Origin: an uncultured Roseivirga sp.
GTDB taxonomy: Bacteria; Bacteroidota; Bacteroidia; Cytophagales; Cyclobacteriaceae
NCBI RefSeq assembly: GCF_963973945.1
Contig: NZ_CAXBBV010000009.1
Location: 53,108-117,107 of the forward strand
Reading direction: 5' to 3'
Length of the DNA: 64,000 nt
Shown here: positions 1 to 8,263 of the stretch, piece after piece
Layout: every line of letters starts with the position of its first letter
Numbering within the stretch: the stretch's first letter is position 1
Program-made: the position numbers and the translations under genes
Notes under the pieces: generated by a model
The model's database searches: none
Told to the model about the DNA's origin: nothing
The model's input: the letters and a program-made list of their open reading frames with translations, nothing else

Positions 1-1379
1 TTGAATGCTCCTTTTTTATCTTGTGAAAAATAACCGTTGTGGGTTTCTTCAATGGAGAATTTATCTAATTCTTTGAAAGCAGGTTTTAAAATGTATTCTT
101 GATATATTTCTTCAAACCATTCTGCGAATTTTCCTTTGATTGGGTTTCCTGTGGCATCATACGAACGGTAATTAGCTACTTTATCAATAAAGAACAGTGA
201 CAAGACTTTAATGCCTAATTTGTTCAGTCGTTTTTCCTTTTTTAAATGTTCTTCAACCGTTTTACGGATTTGAAATTTCATTACTTCATCAGTCAGTCCA
301 CCTTGGCTGTCGCCTTTGTAAAGAAGATTTCCATTTGAAATAGAAATGCATTGGTTTGCAGCATCAATTTCCTCAATGATATAGCCATCTGCATAGATTT
401 CCCTTTCATTGGATAGTTTGTATAAATCGTCACCTACTTTAACTCTGAGTGTTTTCTTTTTTACTCCACCATTTTCATTACTATTGATAGAAACTTTGGC
501 GGTTACTTTGGTTTTGGTAGCGGTGATAGATTCCACCGAAACAAACGCATCGTTATATGCATTTTCTTCAATGATAGAATCAACCTCAATTTGTTTTACC
601 AAGCCCAAATCATAAGCCTTTACAGGATTTAAACTGTAAGTTAAGTTGTACTGATTTCTATGAGTTGCTGAATACCGGAGTGTACAAAGGGATTTTAAAT
701 TCTCTATAGCTGCAATACGCTTTTCAGTTTCCATATTTTGCGGCTCGTCCACTATAACAATCGGGTTGGTGGCCTGAATAAATTCCACTGGCTTTTGTCC
801 ATTCAGTCTGTCATTCGCTTTATTAATAATGTTTTCGTCTTTGGCGAAGGAATCAATGTTAATCACCAGCACTTCAATATTGTTAGTGGTTGCAAAACCT
901 CTCAAAGTAGAAACTTTGGTACTGTCGTACACTTGAAAATTGACTGGTACGTTGTCATACAGGGTTTGGAAATGCTCATGCGTGATTTCTAGGTTTTTCA
1001 AGACACCTTCTCGAATGGCTACTGAAGGCACTACAATCACAAACTTCTTGAAGCCATACAATGTATTCAGTTCGTAGATGCTTCTGAGATAGACGTATGT
1101 TTTTCCTGTTCCTGTTTCCATTTCCACAGAAAAGTGCATACCATCAAGCTCACTAGAAATCGTGATATCGTTATCTTCCTGAATGGATTGAAGATTGGAA
1201 AGGATTTGTTCTTCCGATAGTACAAGGTTGTTGCTCACGCCTTGTATTAAAGAGGCTTGCTTTTCTTTTAGGTTAAATTCCACGATGGAATCTTCTAAAG
1301 GCTGCCCTTCAAACAAATCGGTAATGGATTTGATGGCATCTTGCTGGTATTGCAGATTGGATTCAAAGGTTAACTTCAT
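1..1379 (-). CDS. res: Type III restriction enzyme Res subunit (DEAD-like helicase/endonuclease), 5' part; runs off the window start
   Basis: Not in the ORF track because it has no stop inside the window. ATG at 1379-1377 reads MKLTFESNLQYQQDAIKSITDLFEGQP, then EMETGTGKTYVYL (Walker A), KKFVIVVPSVAIREG and IVIVDEPQ (Walker B-like). It lies downstream of a mod gene. Confidence 0.93.
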   Translation of the reverse strand, partial: MKLTFESNLQYQQDAIKSITDLFEGQPLEDSIVEFNLKEKQASLIQGVSNNLVLSEEQILSNLQSIQEDNDITISSELDGMHFSVEMETGTGKTYVYLRSIYELNTLYGFKKFVIVVPSVAIREGVLKNLEITHEHFQTLYDNVPVNFQVYDSTKVSTLRGFATTNNIEVLVINIDSFAKDENIINKANDRLNGQKPVEFIQATNPIVIVDEPQNMETEKRIAAIENLKSLCTLRYSATHRNQYNLTYSLNPVKAYDLGLVKQIEVDSIIEENAYNDAFVSVESITATKTKVTAKVSINSNENGGVKKKTLRVKVGDDLYKLSNEREIYADGYIIEEIDAANQCISISNGNLLYKGDSQGGLTDEVMKFQIRKTVEEHLKKEKRLNKLGIKVLSLFFIDKVANYRSYDATGNPIKGKFAEWFEEIYQEYILKPAFKELDKFSIEETHNGYFSQDKKGAF

Positions 1380-2263
1380 TATTCGGGCAGTTCGTTTGAG
1401 TTAGCTGAATCTAAATAGATATCATCGGATGTTTTTTTGAGTGATTTCAAAAAATCTTGTTTGTCTAAAATCTCCTTTTGGTATCGGGCAATTTTATAGA
1501 GTTTTTCGAAGCGTTCTTTTTTACTCATTCCTTCACGAATCATATCTGCATTTGCTGATTCTAAATTAGATAAGATCGCTAATTCATTGATACTCGCTAT
1601 ATCTCGAAGATTTTTCCCCTCCAATGTCAATTGGGCATTTACTTCCCTCCATTGTTTGGCTGTGCAACCAAATAGGGCGACATTTAAAATATCAGCTTCC
1701 TCAGCATAAGCCAACCATTCGGTTTCTTTAGTGAAATTTGATTGGGGTAAAATGTAATCCTTAACAGCATCGGTCTGAATGGTGTAATTGACCTTGCTCA
1801 ATACTCGTTTTACATTCCACTCTAAGTTGTATTGATTGGTTTCAACCTCTTTTAGGCGTTGATATTCCTTAACAATGTAAAGTTGGAATACTGGACTAAT
1901 CCACATCCCGAAATTGAAGGCAATGTCTTTGTGTGCGTAAGTGCCACCATAGCGTCCGGCTTTAGCGATCACACACGTGGCATTGGTTTTTTCTATCAGC
2001 TCTTTTACACTTACTTTAAAAGCATTTGAACCTGCCGATTGTCTAATTGTGGCGAATTCGCCATAATTAAAATTGGGGTTGTGCATAGACTCCCAAGCCG
2101 AGATATAATCGAGGGTATTGGCGTTTCTTAGCCAATCGCTGATGTAGAAAGAGCCATCTTTGGCCTTTATCATATCAGTCAGGCTGATGAAATCATCCGA
2201 GTTGTGGTCAACGATGGTAATGACCTTACCCTCAACTTCTATTTTTTTGATTTTTCCTGCCAT
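1379..2263 (-). CDS. KilA-N domain DNA-binding protein
   Basis: FISLTDM...DWLRN...AKAGRYGGTYAHKDIAFNFGMWISP is the KilA-N signature. Its TAA overlaps the res ATG (TAATG). Confidence 0.88.
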   Translation of the reverse strand: MAGKIKKIEVEGKVITIVDHNSDDFISLTDMIKAKDGSFYISDWLRNANTLDYISAWESMHNPNFNYGEFATIRQSAGSNAFKVSVKELIEKTNATCVIAKAGRYGGTYAHKDIAFNFGMWISPVFQLYIVKEYQRLKEVETNQYNLEWNVKRVLSKVNYTIQTDAVKDYILPQSNFTKETEWLAYAEEADILNVALFGCTAKQWREVNAQLTLEGKNLRDIASINELAILSNLESANADMIREGMSKKERFEKLYKIARYQKEILDKQDFLKSLKKTSDDIYLDSANSNELPE

Positions 2264-2265
2264 GC

Positions 2266-4215
2266 TTATATCGTTTTAAATTCAATACCCGCATCTTTCA
2301 TTTGCAATACCGTATTCGTTTTGAGCTGGTCATTGCCTTTGAATAACTTATCTAAGGCAATTACTTTTTTGGGATATTCGCTCATCACTTCTGTAACGAT
2401 GGATTGATCGACTTTTTCTAAAACCAATGCCAGCTCATTGCTGTTGATTAAATAGTATCCGTCATTGAGTTCAATCTTGCTGTTCAAGTCTTTACCACTT
2501 TTTAGCAATAGTTCATACACCATATTTTCAGTAGTGGCTGATGCCGAAACAGGATCAATAAACAACTTCATTTGCTCTTCCAATGCTTTCGCATCTTTGC
2601 CTTCTATTTGTTGCCATTGTTTGAAGTTGCTGTCATCCAATTTTAAAACTTTGAAACCTAAATCCTGTGATTGCAGCTTTTCGATTTTGGTTTTCAGATT
2701 TTCTATTTCTGCTTTAGTGTCATCTGTTGGCAGTTCACCTTCAAGCTTCTTGATGACACTTTTTGTTTTTTTGATTTCTTCCTTGATTTCTTCTTGTATT
2801 TTTTTCCCTGCCCTGCGGATACGCTCTTTGGAGATGTCTGCTATGGTTTTGTAGCCAGCTTTGAAGGCCTCATTTTTTTCTTCAGTTAGTTCTGGGAGTT
2901 GGACACAGATGTATTTTCGTTTACCTCCGTCTTCTTTGTTTAAATCTAATACTGCATGCCCAAAAGAACCTGAGCCTGAGAAGAAATCTAAACAGAGGTC
3001 ATTTTCTTTTGTGCTTATTCTCAGAATTTTGGAAAGTAATCGAATTGGCTTTGGAGTACTGAATATCTTTTTCCCAATTAGTTCGGCAGTTTCCTTTTGC
3101 CCTTCATCATTGTGCCCAACATCTTTGAAATCCCACCAGGTACTGGGAACCAATCCATCCTGTATTTCCAATAAAAACCGCTTTAACCTTGGTTTCTTAT
3201 AAGAAAAATCTGGCCCCCAATACAGCCTATTTTCTTTTACCATTTGTTGATGCTTTTCTTTGGAATACCGCCAAACTGCGCTTTCATCAGGCCAAACCTC
3301 TTCATTCGTTTTAGGATGAACTATTGCATACCAAAGTGTCGGTCTTTCATCCTTAGTTTTACTGCTAACATATTCAGCCGAACTCCATGCCCCACGTTTA
3401 TCATTATCAGGATTTTTATACCTCGAGATTTGCTTTTCAGTTCTTGGCAACAAGACTCTTCTAAACAATTCTGTTTTCTGAAAGCAAATTATGTAATCGT
3501 GCATTGCAGCAATTCCTGGATCGTCATTTGAAACTGCATATTTCTTCTGCCATATCACACTCGCAACGAAATTCTCCTCCCCAAAAACCTCATTCATCAA
3601 CAAGCGAAGGTTATGAACTTCGTTATCGTCAATGGAAACGAAAATCACCCCGTCCTGTCGCAGTAGATTTTTAGCCAAATACAATCTCGGCATCATCATA
3701 TTAAGCCAGTTGCTGTGGTATTGGCCATTTTCCTTGCTGTTCTTTTTGAACATACCATCTTTGGTCATGTAACCTTCTTCGTCTTTGTCGCCTACACGTT
3801 TTTCATAGTCAGCTTTGCTTTCAGAGAATTTATCTGGGTATATAAAAGAGTCGTTACCTGTGTTGTAAGGCGGGTCTATGTATATCATTTTCACCTTCCC
3901 GAAGTAGCTTTTTTGCAGCACTTTTAGTACTTCCAGGTTTTCACCCTCGATGAAAATGTTCTCCGTTTCATCAAAGTTGATGCTTTCGTCTTTGGCTGGA
4001 GTTAAGGTTTTGGTAGTAGGAGTTTGCAGTACCTTAAAAGCCTCACTCTTTCCAGCCCAGTTGAGCACATAGCGTTCATTGGCAAAATTGATGTTCTCAC
4101 CAAGCGTAGCTTTTAGTTTTTCCCAATCAATTTTTCCTTCGCTAAATGCTTCTGGTAAAATTTGCTTTAACGCATTTAGTTTTTCTTGTTCAGGTGTTAG
4201 ACTTGCTCCGTCCAT
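2266..4215 (-). CDS. mod: Type III restriction-modification N6-adenine DNA methyltransferase (Mod)
   Basis: IFIEGENLEVLK, IYIDPPYNTG (DPPY motif IV), DFFSGSGS (motif I), STPKP and a C-terminal LKTN...FKTI, all typical of Type III Mod. It is upstream of res. Confidence 0.95.
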   Translation of the reverse strand: MDGASLTPEQEKLNALKQILPEAFSEGKIDWEKLKATLGENINFANERYVLNWAGKSEAFKVLQTPTTKTLTPAKDESINFDETENIFIEGENLEVLKVLQKSYFGKVKMIYIDPPYNTGNDSFIYPDKFSESKADYEKRVGDKDEEGYMTKDGMFKKNSKENGQYHSNWLNMMMPRLYLAKNLLRQDGVIFVSIDDNEVHNLRLLMNEVFGEENFVASVIWQKKYAVSNDDPGIAAMHDYIICFQKTELFRRVLLPRTEKQISRYKNPDNDKRGAWSSAEYVSSKTKDERPTLWYAIVHPKTNEEVWPDESAVWRYSKEKHQQMVKENRLYWGPDFSYKKPRLKRFLLEIQDGLVPSTWWDFKDVGHNDEGQKETAELIGKKIFSTPKPIRLLSKILRISTKENDLCLDFFSGSGSFGHAVLDLNKEDGGKRKYICVQLPELTEEKNEAFKAGYKTIADISKERIRRAGKKIQEEIKEEIKKTKSVIKKLEGELPTDDTKAEIENLKTKIEKLQSQDLGFKVLKLDDSNFKQWQQIEGKDAKALEEQMKLFIDPVSASATTENMVYELLLKSGKDLNSKIELNDGYYLINSNELALVLEKVDQSIVTEVMSEYPKKVIALDKLFKGNDQLKTNTVLQMKDAGIEFKTI

Positions 4216-4235
4216 ATTTTATAATGCTTTTCTTT

Positions 4236-4385
4236 CTATAGTAATGCTGCGACTTCTATATTTAAGATTTCTGCAATCTTGTATAAGTCTTCTAAGCTTG
4301 GTTGCCGTCTGTTTTGAGCATAAGAGTTTACTATATTGTAACTCTTTCCGAGCATTTTAGTCAATCTATACACGTCATTTGTCAA
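4236..4385 (-). pseudogene. N-terminally truncated XRE-family HTH regulator (controller-like)
   Basis: Manual translation from ATG 4355 gives MLGKSYNIVNSYAQNRRQPSLEDLYKIAEILNIEVAALL* (stop 4238-4236), the C-terminal two-thirds of an XRE HTH. An in-frame TGA lies ten codons upstream of the ATG, so helix 1 is missing. Confidence 0.7.
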
Positions 4386-4466
4386 TCACAAAAGTGACGT
4401 ATAGCCGTGAATATATTCATTTTTATGATGGATATGCATGATATGTTACATAGAAAGAACTCTATT

Positions 4467-4599
4467 AGTCTTGGCGTCTCACTAAGCCTAAAAGAATGAG
4501 TAGATTAGATTTTATTGGTAGAAGGACTTACAAAGATTGGAGAAGGAGAATTAGATATCTTTTTATGTTTGAGTGGGGTCGCAGCGAGACGCTACGACC
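4467..4599. repeat. REP-like palindrome doublet
   Basis: Hairpin GGTCG-C-AGCG-AGA-CGCT-A-CGACC at 4577-4599, with a degenerate inverted copy AGTCTTGGCGTCTCACTAAGCCT at 4467-4489. Confidence 0.45.
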
Positions 4600-4611
4600 A
4601 GTGCCAGATTT

Positions 4612-4986
4612 TTACTTGGTTTCTCTCTTTTGCAAATTAAATACGGTTCCTGCCGGATCTTGAATCCAATGCATGTTTTCTGGAAGTTCTTCAAGTTCAT
4701 CACAAGTTTCCACACCGTTTAACTGCAGGTAGTTTGTAGCTTCTTCTACATCAGGAACAGTCAGCTGTAACCAAGTTTCAGAATGCGTATAGTTGTCCAC
4801 GCAGTCCAGCCATATGATATTGTTTCCGAACTTTACTTCATGCGTTTTAGAAACGGTCGGATTGTCAATGGGCTTTTCTTCAACTTTCAACTTGAGAATA
4901 TCTCGGTAAAAGGCTACCGTTTGCTCATACTTACTTTTAGGAATTTTTATTGCAATGTTAATTCCTGCTTCAAATTTTGGATTCAT
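4612..4986 (-). CDS. VOC/glyoxalase-like family protein
   Basis: 124 aa with NIAIKIP...YEQTVAFYRDIL and WIQDPAGTVFNL, the VOC fold pattern. Confidence 0.8.
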   Translation of the reverse strand: MNPKFEAGINIAIKIPKSKYEQTVAFYRDILKLKVEEKPIDNPTVSKTHEVKFGNNIIWLDCVDNYTHSETWLQLTVPDVEEATNYLQLNGVETCDELEELPENMHWIQDPAGTVFNLQKRETK

Positions 4987-5144
4987 ATTTATTTAGTTTG
5001 CTCTTATATTATGCTGAGTTATATTGACTGCCAGCAGTTTTGTATCTGAAATTAACTGTGCAAAAAAGGTGCTCTGGTTTCGGGTTAACAGAGTTTTAAT
5101 TTTCAGCTATTATTTTATTCTTATCATAAATCAAATTTTAATCC

Positions 5145-5582
5145 TTAGTTTCTTTCTAAAACTTGAAAGGATGATTCTAGGTGTTTGACAATACTCATAA
5201 ATGTTTCTTCTGATGGGTTGACAACACAGACCCAGTTCATGGAGCCATAGGTTGGATGAGGTAACAGTGTATCCTCTTTTGTGAAGTCGATTCCTACATT
5301 TATAAATGCTTCAAGTCCTTTTTTCTCCGTTAGATACCCAAAATTTGATTTAAAGGTTTCCTTATCCATACAGAAGTTTAGACGAAAAAAACCATTACGA
5401 TCAAGGTTCGAAAAGGAATCATATTCATTATCCTTGGTGAGTATGGTTACAAAAGGAAGCTTGTCATTATTCGGATGCATAAAAAACATATCTTCTTCAG
5501 CCTTCACGATGTTTAAGCTCTTGAAATTTTCGAGGAGATATGATTTCACTTCTTCGGTTGTCATGATGTGTTTTTTTATCAA
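5145..5582 (-). CDS. DUF6194-like protein (start may be MTTEEV at 5564)
   Basis: LPFVTI...D..S.LDR.G.FRLN and DTLLPHPTYGSMNWVCVVNPSEETF resemble the DUF6194 family as I recall it. Confidence 0.65.
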   Translation of the reverse strand: MIKKHIMTTEEVKSYLLENFKSLNIVKAEEDMFFMHPNNDKLPFVTILTKDNEYDSFSNLDRNGFFRLNFCMDKETFKSNFGYLTEKKGLEAFINVGIDFTKEDTLLPHPTYGSMNWVCVVNPSEETFMSIVKHLESSFQVLERN

Positions 5583-5601
5583 ATTTCAGATGTGAAGTTT
5601 A

Positions 5602-5648
5602 CTTTTACAAGAGGTTACCAATATGTCTAATAGTAACCCAAAGTAAAG
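5602..5648. promoter_or_regulatory. Candidate operator between divergent genes
   Basis: Inverted repeat GGTTAC-N14-GTAACC at 5613-5638, flanked by CTTTTAC and GTAAAG, in the short divergent intergenic region upstream of the HxlR gene. Confidence 0.4.
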
Positions 5649-5660
5649 AAATGGGAGTAT

Positions 5661-5990
5661 ATGGGCTCTAAACGAGAAAATAATAAAATAAAATTTGAAG
5701 AATGTCCTTTTCAAGAAGCAATGGATTTGGTTTCGGGTAAATGGACAATGACCATCATTAATACCCTTATGTCTGGTAAATTGAGATTCAAGGAACTGGA
5801 AAGGGCAGTTGAAGGGATTAATACCAGAATGTTGGTAAAAACTCTTAAAGAACTTGAATCGAAGAAAATTGTGAAAAGAAAGGCATATGCGACTGTTCCC
5901 CCAACGGTGGAATATTCACTAGAAGAAAAAGGCATTGCATTACAGCCTGTTATCAAAGAAATTCAGAATTGGGCAATCAACAATATGTGA
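5661..5990 (+). CDS. HxlR-family winged-helix transcriptional regulator
   Basis: CPFQEAMDLVSGKW...LRFKELER...INTRMLVKTLKELE...VPPTVEYSL. Confidence 0.93.
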   Translation: MGSKRENNKIKFEECPFQEAMDLVSGKWTMTIINTLMSGKLRFKELERAVEGINTRMLVKTLKELESKKIVKRKAYATVPPTVEYSLEEKGIALQPVIKEIQNWAINNM

Positions 5991-6052
5991 GTTCTTTGAA
6001 ATATTCCCTAGAGAATGATCTCGTGTTTTGCTACAATTAAATTCACTTCCAT

Positions 6053-6946
6053 TTACTGAAACAGCGATTTCCACAAATCAACAATAGCGGCATTTGGTAA
6101 CCAAGAAGTAATGTCTGTAAATGAGTTGTTAAAGCCAGTAGCGGCTACTTTTCCAGTGCCTACTTCGCCAAGAAAAGCCTTTTCACTTAAGGCTTTTAAG
6201 TTGCCGTTTTCATCAAGTCGAATAGGAATGATTTCGTCAAAATACTTTAAGGTAAATGCTTCTGATTTAGCAAACTCATGTCCTTGGCCGGGTTCTTCGG
6301 CAAAAATCCATTTGGCGCCAAACCTTCGGTTGACAGAGTAAATGCCCTTTACAATATTGTTCCGATATGGGTTATCAATTTCTCCCGTAAGGAAAACCCC
6401 AGGCACTGCCCGTGTAGCCTCAGAAGCTAAGGCCGTATAGTAAACACCTCCTTTGTTCACGATAAACGTAATCACCCTTTCTGGTTTCCAGCAAGCAAAT
6501 TCATAGTTAAATTCGCCACCAGCAGACATGCCCCACAATGCAAATGGAACAGTATTCAGTTCAGGGTGACCACTTTTTGTCGCCAAGCGGCTCAGTACAT
6601 CTAGCATGGCCTGACCTGTTCCATTTTTCACATCGGCATATTGCTCAATGGCCATATTCGGGCTGCGCTTGTCTTTAATGTCAGCCGCTAAAATTGCCAT
6701 GCTGTGTTTATTGGCCAAGGCTTGCCATTCTGGTTGGTTTACCATATCACGGCCATTGCCATTCGAGCCAGGAACCATCACAATTATACCTTTCACTTTT
6801 TGAATGTCCTTTCCAATCCATAAGCGAAAAGCCGCTTTTTGGAAGTTGTTTCCATTCATTACACTGTCTTCAAGAATGGTTTGAGCGGAAGCTAACACTG
6901 GAAGAAATAGGAGCATTAAAACGATGAGGGCACTTGTCTTTTTCAT
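6053..6946 (-). CDS. Secreted alpha/beta-hydrolase-fold protein (putative esterase)
   Basis: Signal peptide (ends ASA-Q), nucleophile elbow WGMSAGG, GEID acid and late GQGHE histidine. Confidence 0.65.
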   Translation of the reverse strand: MKKTSALIVLMLLFLPVLASAQTILEDSVMNGNNFQKAAFRLWIGKDIQKVKGIIVMVPGSNGNGRDMVNQPEWQALANKHSMAILAADIKDKRSPNMAIEQYADVKNGTGQAMLDVLSRLATKSGHPELNTVPFALWGMSAGGEFNYEFACWKPERVITFIVNKGGVYYTALASEATRAVPGVFLTGEIDNPYRNNIVKGIYSVNRRFGAKWIFAEEPGQGHEFAKSEAFTLKYFDEIIPIRLDENGNLKALSEKAFLGEVGTGKVAATGFNNSFTDITSWLPNAAIVDLWKSLFQ

Positions 6947-6965
6947 ATCTAAGTTAAGTAGTGGG

Positions 6966-7925
6966 TCAAACTGAAACAGCTTTTTCGAAATTATAGGTCA
7001 CTTTAAAGTCTGGTTTTTCTGTTTCTTGATACTCAAACTCAATTGACTGAGGAAGTTTGCCTACAAATTTATTGAGAATTAAAGGAACGGTTAAACTAGA
7101 GTCATGGGCAGAAAGTCTGTGATTTTTATATACCTGTATTTCGGTGAACATTTCAAGATACTTAAACTCAGAGTCTGGAACGGTTAGTTTGGCCTTACTA
7201 TATGGTTTGGGAATGTTCCTAAAATCTAAATTGTAAACACTGCCTAAGTATAGAAGTTCTGATTCTTTTAGTTTGTATTTATTCTCTTTACCTGCCAAGT
7301 AAATATCAATAAGTACCTGCTCTGGTATAAATACGCCATTTGGCTTTAAGAATCTGATAACATTCCTAGTTAATGGTACCTGACATTCATTTTTCAATCC
7401 CATTTGCATGGTTTCTGATATTATGATGTCGAATTTTTGCGGCATTTCAAGGGAGGGGTCTGTGGCATCAGCTTCAATATATTGATCAACAAATTGACTT
7501 ATTCCCCATTCTTCATAAATTTTTTGAACAGCCAACAACGAACTCTTATTGATATCTAAAAAAGTAAAGGAGACCTCGTTTTCGTTGAAAACTTGAGTTA
7601 ATGGTGTGGCCAAAGTTGCGTAAGGGCCACACCCAGCATATAGTATTTTTACATTTTTGTTTTCTTTCAATTTGTCTTTAATGGCGCCATAAATTCCTCT
7701 CAAGAACTGCGTAGTTCGTGCTATATCTTTGAGGCAATGGGCAGCTACTTCTTGGCTCGCAGCAATTCCATAAGGTGTTTGTATTGCCTTATTGTTGGTT
7801 AAATCTTCAGCAACAATGTTGGTGATTTTGGAGTATTCTCGGTACATGTAATATATTCCGTTTCTGATTTTTTTAAAGTCGTTCTCAGAAAAAAGAATGT
7901 CGTTTACGGCATTTTTATAGCTCAT
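6966..7925 (-). CDS. Class I SAM-dependent methyltransferase
   Basis: ILYAGCGP motif I, FLDIN motif II, ADAT, FDIIISETM and LKPNG.FIP. Confidence 0.8.
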   Translation of the reverse strand: MSYKNAVNDILFSENDFKKIRNGIYYMYREYSKITNIVAEDLTNNKAIQTPYGIAASQEVAAHCLKDIARTTQFLRGIYGAIKDKLKENKNVKILYAGCGPYATLATPLTQVFNENEVSFTFLDINKSSLLAVQKIYEEWGISQFVDQYIEADATDPSLEMPQKFDIIISETMQMGLKNECQVPLTRNVIRFLKPNGVFIPEQVLIDIYLAGKENKYKLKESELLYLGSVYNLDFRNIPKPYSKAKLTVPDSEFKYLEMFTEIQVYKNHRLSAHDSSLTVPLILNKFVGKLPQSIEFEYQETEKPDFKVTYNFEKAVSV

Positions 7926-8263
7926 ATTAAGGTTTTAATTGATGATGGTTTTATGATTTAATATTAAGGATGTTTTTTAGATAATTATCAGATGAAATTA
8001 ATACTTGTTAATTCATGGAGACCTAATACGCTCATAGATTAGCATTCTACTTTCTCCAAATCATCTGAAACACAGTTTGTTGATACTAGTATAAATGCAG
8101 CAGGGTGGCCATTTTTCTAAACTAAAATTTGTTTGCTCTTAATTTCAGGTAGATGATATTTTTTAAGCCGCTTGAAATATATCTGTTTTCATCTGAACTC
8201 ACTGAGCATTATATTGTGGGTTATAAAGTATTTTTTATTTCATTTTTTATAAAAACTCAAACA

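Noticed and set aside
409-1404. Plus-strand ORFs 409-615, 738-992 and 1195-1404
   Set aside because: They are antisense shadows of the res gene, which the ORF track missed because it has no stop inside the window.
2266-4215. Phase-variable simple sequence repeat in mod (phasevarion)
   Set aside because: No tandem SSR tract is visible in or before the ORF. The T runs near 2760-2810 are lysine codons in an intact frame.
8153-8263. Longer N-termini given by the ORF track (also for 26029, 31276, 31286 and 33597)
   Set aside because: Downstream ATGs give signal peptides or family-typical starts and remove overlaps.
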